31,190 nt of DNA from a virus (taxonomy: Duplodnaviria > Heunggongvirae > Uroviricota > Caudoviricetes): IMG/VR virus record IMGVR_UViG_2681813317_000014; one strand, written 5' to 3'. Both the position numbers and the translations under genes were made by a program. The notes beneath the pieces are model-generated. The model had not been told where the DNA came from and did not search any database. It saw only the letters and a list, made by a program, of their open reading frames with translations. Positions 24,968 through 31,190 of this stretch are shown in pieces (positions within the stretch are counted from its first letter, which is position 1; each line of letters begins with the position of its first letter).

Positions 24968-25410
24968 CCGTTTTGCTTTGCACGCTCAATCTGTTCATCT
25001 GAATAGTTCCATGCTCCATCCGTGGCAACCATTGCCCCGCCAGACATCCCCGTCTCTGGTTCATACATAACAGCAAGGCCGAGCTGATGCATAATTTCAT
25101 GATTAATTCTGAATACCAGACCACGCTCACTAAGTTCTTTCCAGTTCACAATCTCATATGCGCCTGTATTAAGCAGCTCAATACTTAGCAAGACATAATC
25201 TTCCAGCCAGTCTGACAGGTCAGTAACATCTGTAATCCGGGCTTCAACCTTTCGCCCCGTATACACACCCTGCCCCCATTCATGCAAAATCAACGTATCC
25301 CCGCGCTCATAATTACGGTCATTTTTCCGAAGCTCTGCGCGTTTCTTTCCTTCCAGCACAAGGTCAAAATATTTTGCGTGCAGCTTTACCTCGTGAATTT
25401 TAGCCATCAT
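24955..25410 (-). CDS. Hypothetical protein with N-terminal ASCH/PUA-like (DUF3850-type) region and C-terminal HExxH motif
   Basis: ORF 24955..25443; start taken at the M-M-AKIHEV Met immediately after the gene A stop. The N-terminal 80 aa (KIHEVKLHAKYFDLVLEGKKRAELRKNDRNYERGDTLILHEW) resemble the small ASCH-like DUF3850 family from memory. The C-terminal part carries HEIMH. Confidence 0.6.
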   Translation of the reverse strand: MMAKIHEVKLHAKYFDLVLEGKKRAELRKNDRNYERGDTLILHEWGQGVYTGRKVEARITDVTDLSDWLEDYVLLSIELLNTGAYEIVNWKELSERGLVFRINHEIMHQLGLAVMYEPETGMSGGAMVATDGAWNYSDEQIERAKQNGWLG

Positions 25411-27692
25411 GTCCACTCCATTACTGTTGAGAATCCCGGCCACTCATCAGCGACCGGATACGTGAATTTTTTCCCGTCATAATTTACGGTTGCCCCACGC
25501 GCCAGCGACTCAAGCTCCCATCGCTGCGGCCTGATGCCGTTCTGAGCAAGGTCAACGCGGATACGGGTAATTTGCATTCTTTCCGACCGGGTCAGTCTGG
25601 CCGATGGTGCAATTTCATGTGGTTTTAACGGGCTTCCGTTTCTCTGCTGACGGTTTGGTGTTCTCAGGTCGTGTTTTAATGCACCTCTGAGTGCCCTCAC
25701 GACCTCCGGGTCACTCCATTCGATGACACCGTCATTAACCAGATTAAGCACTGCTGCGGCGTGCTCAGAAGGTGTGGGAGCCGGTAACGAAGTATCACCA
25801 CCAGTGAGCTTTCCACAGTTATTGACAGGACTCCGAGGCGCGGCGATGCCGCTTTTTAAAGTCAAAGGCTCAACGACCGGAACTTTCGGCACAATGCGCC
25901 AGTCCGTCGTTCTGGTGATATGAATATGACGCGCGCCGAGATGCGGCGCGTAAATGCCGACCACTCTCTCGACTTCTTCCTCGTACTCGTTAACGTCATC
26001 CGACGGACTACGGGCGACCCTGACAGTCTGACAATCGCGCGGGACATTTGCCCCGCCCTGCGCGCTGATATACAGCGCAAAATCACCACTGTCTGCGGCG
26101 GCGCGTGCAGCCTCGACGCGCTCGTCAAACTCATCAGCAATGCTGACGCCGCGAGGCAATTTGCGTAGTTCACGGTAAGCCCCCATTGTCGGCAGGCCAA
26201 CCGTTTTAAATTGCGGAATGCGCCACGTTGACGCCCATGCGGTAACAGCCGCTGCAGTGTCTTTCAGCGGCCTGCCGGTGTCGTTATCGAGCTGACCATC
26301 CAGTGCATAGCCGTCGATGTTTTTTGAAATGTATTTCGCGATATATCCCGCAGCACCGCCCCGGTTAAGGTGCTTTGCCTGAAAACGGTTTCGCGCGGCT
26401 CCTCTTTCGTCACCATCCTCTTTGAGCGCATAGCGACGCATGATTTCGATAATCTGGTTACGCTGGCGTGGATTACAAAAAAGCATCATATGCCAGTGCG
26501 GCGTTCCGTCATGGTGTGGCTCGACGACTCGCAAACCGTAGACCTGTAAATCATTATCCTTGAATGCCGTGCGCATCAGGCTCCAGATACGGCAGAGATA
26601 ACGCTGCGCATCCTTTGGATTAAATGCCTCATCGTTCCAGCCGTGATTTAGCTGGACGGTTTTACTTTCGCCTTTTCCGACCTGACGTGTCGGGTGATAC
26701 TTTGACGGCGCGGTCAGCGTGATAAACATCCCCACATCACCCTCTGCGGCGGCGTAACGCTCAATACCAGCAATGGTGTTCATCAGCTCCATCCGGCGAA
26801 TTTCAGGATTAGAAATACTGCCCATCACCTTACTGATAAGGTCGATGCGCTCGCCGGTTTCCCTGTTTTCAAGGTCACACGATTTAAGAAATTCCAGATT
26901 TGCCTGGCGACGTGCACGCACATCACGAATGGCATGTTTACTGGCATAAGGAGAACGGTCTTTATTGACCTCCCCGACAGCAATCAGTAACGCCTCATGC
27001 CAGCGCATACGCTGGCCTTTAAGCTGATGAGTCCACCACTCATCGTTAAACAGGCGGGCAATGGCAGAATATGCCTGCCTCGTGGTCATCTGTCCTTTAC
27101 GGTATTTTTTCCAGTAAAGCGGGGAAATATTGAAAGCACGCGCAGCGCCAGCAACATGACCATACAGATGCGCCTGCGCCTCATCCGTAAACAGCGATTC
27201 TTTTTCGCCATGCGCATCCACCCAGGCATCGCAGAGTTCCCCATACATCATGAAAAGCTGCGATGAGATACGGGCGGCAAACTTTTTCAGCTCCTTGTCA
27301 TTCATCCCCGGCAGACGCGCATAATGGTCACGCTCTGCCAGAAACAGCAACGACGCGTCGGTGTTCATTTCATGGCGCTGATTCACACGCTCAATGCGCG
27401 GCCATAAACGACGCTGAAAAGTGGATGTGAGGAAATAAAACCCGTGTACCGGGCTTTTATTGCGCCGGATGTAGTCATAGCGTGAAGTAAACAGCGAGCG
27501 CAAAAAGTAAGGCAGGCGGTTAATCGTGGATAAAACACCTTGCACCTGACGCATCTCGTCACGTGTAAGGGGTCTTTCGCGCCCGACAGCCTCGCGTGGT
27601 GCGTTCCATGCATAAGCACCGGTAAACGCCTTACCGGTGCCTGCGGCAAATGCTGACGGAGGGACAAAACGCCCGGAGGCTTTAACGGCCAT
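25407..27692 (-). CDS. A: Replication initiation protein A (rolling-circle nicking endonuclease)
   Basis: ORF 25407..27734. Start taken at MAVKASGRFVPPSAF..., giving 761 aa as in P2 gpA, to which the sequence looks near-identical from memory. This start reduces the overlap with the upstream ORF to 11 nt. Confidence 0.93.
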   Translation of the reverse strand: MAVKASGRFVPPSAFAAGTGKAFTGAYAWNAPREAVGRERPLTRDEMRQVQGVLSTINRLPYFLRSLFTSRYDYIRRNKSPVHGFYFLTSTFQRRLWPRIERVNQRHEMNTDASLLFLAERDHYARLPGMNDKELKKFAARISSQLFMMYGELCDAWVDAHGEKESLFTDEAQAHLYGHVAGAARAFNISPLYWKKYRKGQMTTRQAYSAIARLFNDEWWTHQLKGQRMRWHEALLIAVGEVNKDRSPYASKHAIRDVRARRQANLEFLKSCDLENRETGERIDLISKVMGSISNPEIRRMELMNTIAGIERYAAAEGDVGMFITLTAPSKYHPTRQVGKGESKTVQLNHGWNDEAFNPKDAQRYLCRIWSLMRTAFKDNDLQVYGLRVVEPHHDGTPHWHMMLFCNPRQRNQIIEIMRRYALKEDGDERGAARNRFQAKHLNRGGAAGYIAKYISKNIDGYALDGQLDNDTGRPLKDTAAAVTAWASTWRIPQFKTVGLPTMGAYRELRKLPRGVSIADEFDERVEAARAAADSGDFALYISAQGGANVPRDCQTVRVARSPSDDVNEYEEEVERVVGIYAPHLGARHIHITRTTDWRIVPKVPVVEPLTLKSGIAAPRSPVNNCGKLTGGDTSLPAPTPSEHAAAVLNLVNDGVIEWSDPEVVRALRGALKHDLRTPNRQQRNGSPLKPHEIAPSARLTRSERMQITRIRVDLAQNGIRPQRWELESLARGATVNYDGKKFTYPVADEWPGFSTVMEWT

Positions 27693-27957
27693 ATGAGCCA
27701 AAAGCCTCTGAACAACGCTTGCTGAGTTGCTCAACCTGCGCGTTTAAATCAGCAAAAGACTTTGCGCTTCCGGTCAGAATATCGTGATGCATCAGGCCGG
27801 AAACGAGCTGGCTTAATTTCGGGTAATAACCAACCACCGACAGCCATTCCTGACCGGCGTTTTTACCGCTTTCCGCTCTCTTTTTCTCGTGGAGAATAAA
27901 CTGAAAGCTGTCACTGGTAACGACATAACGTTCGCCAATTTCAATACGAATACTCAT
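27682..27957 (-). CDS. Small early-operon protein (P2 orf83-like position)
   Basis: 91-aa ORF, translationally coupled to neighbours, between B and A. Confidence 0.6.
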   Translation of the reverse strand: MSIRIEIGERYVVTSDSFQFILHEKKRAESGKNAGQEWLSVVGYYPKLSQLVSGLMHHDILTGSAKSFADLNAQVEQLSKRCSEAFGSYGR

Positions 27958-28178
27958 GCCGTTCTCCGGTAATGTTTGTTTTTTGCTTCAAAGACTGACT
28001 GACAGGAAACACAACGCGTGGCTGACGGATAAGCCGCACGACGGGCAGCAGGTATTGGCGCATCACACTCTTCGCAAACCAGCGAAGAAACACCGCAATG
28101 TTTTACCCTTGCCGCGTTAATCTGGCGCTCCAGTAATTCAGCCTGTTGTTCCTGAATAAAATCTACGTTGTCCGGCAT
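27954..28178 (-). CDS. TraR/DksA-type C4 zinc-finger protein (P2 orf82-like)
   Basis: 74-aa ORF with C-x2-C ... C-x2-C (CEECDAPIP...CVSCQ) typical of the TraR/DksA family, which is known in P2-like early regions. Confidence 0.7.
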   Translation of the reverse strand: MPDNVDFIQEQQAELLERQINAARVKHCGVSSLVCEECDAPIPAARRAAYPSATRCVSCQSVFEAKNKHYRRTA

Positions 28179-28483
28179 TACCAGTTCCTTTTGTCGTTCA
28201 GTTTTTTAAATTCATCAGCGCAATAGCTGGCGATTTCTGTCGTTAATTTCGTCAGTTCATCCACGGAGGAAATTTGCTTGTGAAATACAGCGCGTTTAAC
28301 AAGTAAATTGACCACATCAGACAGGAGATTTAATTCGTTCTGATAAATCGCGATAACAGACTCAGTTATTTTGCGTTTTTCTTTATCAAGACCAAGTTGA
28401 ATAAGAGATAAATCGCCATTTTTCATAACGGTGATTTTTAAGGCGTTATTCAGTAATACAACTGAACGAGAACAGGACATCAA
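28178..28483 (-). CDS. Small early-operon protein (P2 orf81-like position), AT-rich
   Basis: 101-aa ORF; start and stop overlap with neighbours; AT-rich composition. Confidence 0.6.
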   Translation of the reverse strand: MMSCSRSVVLLNNALKITVMKNGDLSLIQLGLDKEKRKITESVIAIYQNELNLLSDVVNLLVKRAVFHKQISSVDELTKLTTEIASYCADEFKKLNDKRNW

Positions 28484-28737
28484 AGCACCTCCCCGCGAGA
28501 CAATCCGATATTGTGAAATTTTTCCGACTCCTGACTGAGCTGCTCGACTATCTCCACGCGGGATAACTCCGCCTTTGTGATGTGGCGAATCATGGCGTCA
28601 AGATGAGAAGAAAAGCGCGTCGCTGCGTCGGCCTGTGCTTCGGTTCTGGCCTGTTGCAGCAGTAATGCGTATTTACCGCACTGATTTTCAGAAACTGTAT
28701 GCATGACTTTCTCCAGGCAAAAAGAAGCCCCGCACAA
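28480..28737 (-). CDS. Small early-operon protein (P2 orf80-like position)
   Basis: 85-aa ORF directly downstream of B, overlapping the next ORF by 4 nt. Confidence 0.6.
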   Translation of the reverse strand: MCGASFCLEKVMHTVSENQCGKYALLLQQARTEAQADAATRFSSHLDAMIRHITKAELSRVEIVEQLSQESEKFHNIGLSRGEVL

Positions 28738-28767
28738 TTAAGTGCGTTAAAAACTCTGGTTAATTAC

Positions 28768-29274
28768 TTAATGCAGATATTGCTCTGGTTTTACCGACGT
28801 CAGAATTGTCGGTGCATACTCAAACAGACTGAATAATTCACGTAATGCACGGAATAAAGCATCACGCCAGTAACATGACTCTTCATTAATTCGCCAGTAT
28901 GGCTGGTTGAATTCTTTTTCAGTCAATCCGGCATGCATAAATAAAGTACGACGCTGACTGACTGTTAAAAAACTAATATATGCATACTCACTTGCGCCAA
29001 CCTGACGGCGTTTTGAGAATCCCCCACGCAATTCATCAATTGCACAAACCAGCCGTTCACGTTCGACGTCGTTCATTTCTTCAAAACGCATCGTTGCGTG
29101 ACGCTGTTTTAACTGCGCATGGAAGCAAACCGTTAGCCGTTCGCGTTCCATCATCTGATTATAATAATCACATGTATCCTGCCAGCGAGGGACGGCAAGA
29201 TGCTTACCAATTATCCGGCGCATAGCTGCTGGCTGTTTTTCAACGAGATTAAGCGTCATCACTGTCATTTCCAT
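28768..29274 (-). CDS. B: Replication protein B (helicase-loader-like)
   Basis: 168-aa ORF in P2 gpB position and size within the cox-B-A early operon. Confidence 0.85.
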   Translation of the reverse strand: MEMTVMTLNLVEKQPAAMRRIIGKHLAVPRWQDTCDYYNQMMERERLTVCFHAQLKQRHATMRFEEMNDVERERLVCAIDELRGGFSKRRQVGASEYAYISFLTVSQRRTLFMHAGLTEKEFNQPYWRINEESCYWRDALFRALRELFSLFEYAPTILTSVKPEQYLH

Positions 29275-29462
29275 ACCCTCCGGCTTTTCAGAAAGGTCAG
29301 AGCCTTCTTTAACGGACTCTGTTTTTTGGTGCGGATAATGATTCCCTTGCGCCCCTTCCCGTGGGTGATGGTGAAGTCAATCGCCCTGGGGCTTTCGTTA
29401 CGCAGTAACTGAGCAATACAACGCGGCTCATTCATAATCACAACCCCATCCACAAAAGCCAT
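29265..29462 (-). CDS. Small basic early protein (P2 orf78-like position)
   Basis: 65-aa Lys/Arg-rich ORF between cox and B, overlapping both. Confidence 0.5.
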   Translation of the reverse strand: MAFVDGVVIMNEPRCIAQLLRNESPRAIDFTITHGKGRKGIIIRTKKQSPLKKALTFLKSRRVWK

Positions 29463-29725
29463 GCATCACGCTGTTCAACCGGTCGGTTATAAAACGCCTC
29501 ACGTACAGCGCGATTAAACTCAGGAATGAAAACCCATTTTTCACCGGCACGAGCCTTCGGTTTGCAAGGATCACGCAATTCAATAATTGGTAATTTATTT
29601 GCCTTCACCATTTCACTGACGGCTGTCTTTGGCTTCCCTAATAAATCAGCAAATTTATCCACATGAACCGCATCAAGCGGATACTGAATCACATAATTTT
29701 CAGCGTCCATATATGGTACCCTCAT
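29438..29725 (-). CDS. cox: Cox-like excisionase / early-promoter regulator
   Basis: 95-aa ORF, first gene of the early operon and divergent from C, with a helix-turn-helix-like segment and a C-terminal ...DAWLLWMGL similar to P2 Cox. The alternative start at 29710 (MDAENY) has a better GAGGG ribosome-binding site. Confidence 0.75.
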   Translation of the reverse strand: MRVPYMDAENYVIQYPLDAVHVDKFADLLGKPKTAVSEMVKANKLPIIELRDPCKPKARAGEKWVFIPEFNRAVREAFYNRPVEQRDAWLLWMGL

Positions 29726-29787
29726 AGGATCCAGCCCTTTCTAAACCACTCAAAACCGTTTAGACGCTGGTTTATTCTCAAATCAAT

Positions 29788-29835
29788 GGAACCTATATAG
29801 GTTCCAGTTTTGAGGGAATTTAGTCCCTATATAGG
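29788..29835. promoter_or_regulatory. Lysis-lysogeny switch operator/promoter region (repeated CCTATATAGG elements, one inside an 18-bp perfect palindrome)
   Basis: GGAACCTATATAGGTTCC (29788..29805) and CCTATATAGG (29826..29835) lie in the 121-bp divergent cox/C intergenic region. Repeated operator half-sites overlapping TATA-like -10 elements are expected for C/Cox control. Confidence 0.5.
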
Positions 29836-29846
29836 CACCATGTCAA

Positions 29847-30140
29847 ATGAAATTAAGCGAAAAGATTAAGGCCTTGCGTGAGGCTGAAGGGCTAAGCCAA
29901 TCAAAATTCTGTGAAATCATAGAGTTACCGCTAAGCACACTTAAAAAATATGAAGGAGGAAACTTTGAACCCGGTGGCACAGCTTTACTAAAAATCACTA
30001 TGCATCCCACATTCCAAAAATATGCTCTATGGCTTATGACAGATAAAACCGCGCCGGACGCAGGACAAATCGCACCGGCTCTCGCGCACATTGGGCCAGA
30101 GTCAACAGAGTCCAACCACTCCGCGAAAAGGATTGGCTAA
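29847..30140 (+). CDS. C: Immunity repressor C
   Basis: 97-aa ORF divergent from cox, ending ...GQIAPALAHIGPE..., closely resembling the P2 C repressor (about 99 aa) from memory. Confidence 0.85.
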   Translation: MKLSEKIKALREAEGLSQSKFCEIIELPLSTLKKYEGGNFEPGGTALLKITMHPTFQKYALWLMTDKTAPDAGQIAPALAHIGPESTESNHSAKRIG

Positions 30141-30209
30141 CTCTATATAAAGATTACATTTTCACCATTTGCTACCAAGATGGTGAATACAGCGCCGGAG
30201 GGCTTTCTT

Positions 30210-31190
30210 ATGGCAATTAAGAAGCTCGATGATGGTCGCTATGAAGTGGACATTAGACCTCGCGGTCGCGACGGAAAACGCATCCGCAGGAAATTCGAAA
30301 GAAAAGCTGAAGCACTAGCATTTGAGCGATACACAATCGCCAATGCCAGTCAGAAAGAATGGGGAGGCCAGCGAGCAGACCGCCGAACTTTGAGTGAGTT
30401 GCTGGACATCTGGTGGAAATATCACGGGCAAAACCACGAGCATGGAACAAAAGAGTTTAATCATCTACTCAAAACCATCAGCGGCATAGGTGATATACCA
30501 GTGAGCCGGATGAGCAAAAGGGCTTTGATGGATTATCGTTCCATGCGACTACGTGATGGTATCAGTGCCGCAACGATAAACCGTGACATGTACCGATTAT
30601 CCGGCATGTTCACAAAATTAATTCAATTGGATGAATTTTCCGGGCAACACCCAATTCACGGACTGCCGCCACTGGCGGAGGCCAACCCTGAAATGACGTT
30701 CCTGGAAAAAGCAGAAATCGAAAAACTGTTAAATGTTTTGGCTGGTGATGACTTACTTGTCGCGCTTTTATGTCTGAGCACTGGAGGAAGATGGACGGAA
30801 GTTGCCACGCTAAAACCAGCACAAATTACAAATTGCAGGGTTACCTTCCTGAAAACCAAAAACGGTAAAAAGCGAACCGTGCCGATTTCTGAGGAACTGG
30901 AGAAAAAAGTTAAAGAGGAGGCCAGCGCCAAATTATTCAAAGTTGATTATGAGAAATTTTGCGGGATTTTACGCAGAGTGAAACCTGATATACCACCCAA
31001 TCAGGCAACCCACATCCTGCGGCATACATTCGCAAGCCATTTCATGATGAATGGGGGCAATATAATCGCACTGCAACAAATTCTGGGACATGCGAGCATT
31101 CAGCAGACGATGGCCTATGCGCACCTTGCGCCTGACTACCTGCAAAATGCCGTCGCGCTGAATCCACTAAAAGGCGGAGTGACGTTATAA
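30210..31190 (+). CDS. int: Tyrosine integrase (P2 Int family)
   Basis: ORF 30180..31190. Start taken at MAIKKLDDGRYEVDIRP... with a GGAGGG ribosome-binding site 8 nt upstream. It has the conserved R...HxxR...Y catalytic region (HILRHTFASHF, LGHASIQQTMAYAH). The stop coincides with the window end. Confidence 0.9.
   Translation: MAIKKLDDGRYEVDIRPRGRDGKRIRRKFERKAEALAFERYTIANASQKEWGGQRADRRTLSELLDIWWKYHGQNHEHGTKEFNHLLKTISGIGDIPVSRMSKRALMDYRSMRLRDGISAATINRDMYRLSGMFTKLIQLDEFSGQHPIHGLPPLAEANPEMTFLEKAEIEKLLNVLAGDDLLVALLCLSTGGRWTEVATLKPAQITNCRVTFLKTKNGKKRTVPISEELEKKVKEEASAKLFKVDYEKFCGILRRVKPDIPPNQATHILRHTFASHFMMNGGNIIALQQILGHASIQQTMAYAHLAPDYLQNAVALNPLKGGVTL

Larger units (their letters stand above)
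1..31190. mobile_element. P2-like temperate phage (prophage) genome, ogr end to int end
   Basis: Full P2 gene complement in P2 order (ogr, D, U, T, E, FII, FI, H, I, J, W, V, S, R, lysis cassette, X, L, M, N, O, P, Q, cos, A, B, cox, C, int). ogr and int sit at opposite ends, as in an integrated prophage. Window edges are the stop codons of ogr (1..3) and int (31188..31190). Confidence 0.9.

Noticed and set aside
29840-29869. Alternative C repressor start at ATG 29840 (MSNEIKRKD)
   Set aside because: That frame terminates after 9 codons. The in-frame start at 29847 gives the full 97-aa repressor, and the upstream in-frame codons hit a TAG at 29832.
1-31190. Interpretation of the window as a circularised virion genome with attP between int and ogr
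   Set aside because: The ogr and int stop codons would be directly adjacent with no room for attP. The gene order instead matches an integrated prophage with int and ogr at opposite ends.

Overview
The window is an essentially complete P2-like (Peduovirus-type) temperate phage genome in integrated-prophage gene order, read in reverse: ogr-D-U-T-E/E'-FII-FI, then a DNA invertase with a tail-fibre shuffling module, then H-I-J-W-V-S-R-lysC/lysB/lysA-K-Y-X-L-M-N-O (all minus strand), P-Q (plus strand), an intact cos site, an accessory island, and the early region A, four small orfs, B, cox (minus) and C, int (plus). The window edges coincide with the ogr and int stop codons, so the att sites lie outside. 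Core proteins look near-identical to coliphage P2 from memory; no search was run. Two accessory loci differ from P2. (1) Between FI and H, where P2 carries Z/fun, there is a Hin/Gin/Cin/Pin-family serine invertase, three 26-bp cix-like crossover sites, and alternative tail-fibre C-terminal plus assembly-chaperone cassettes arranged as large, circularly permuted inverted duplications. (2) Between cos and gene A, where P2 carries tin/old, there are AT-rich orphan genes (200 aa; about 151 aa with an HExxH motif; a small overlapping ORF). These are the best candidates here for an undescribed phage-encoded defence or exclusion function, but that is inference from position and composition only. No tRNA, rRNA or CRISPR array was seen. 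All coordinates come from manual reading and the supplied ORF track.
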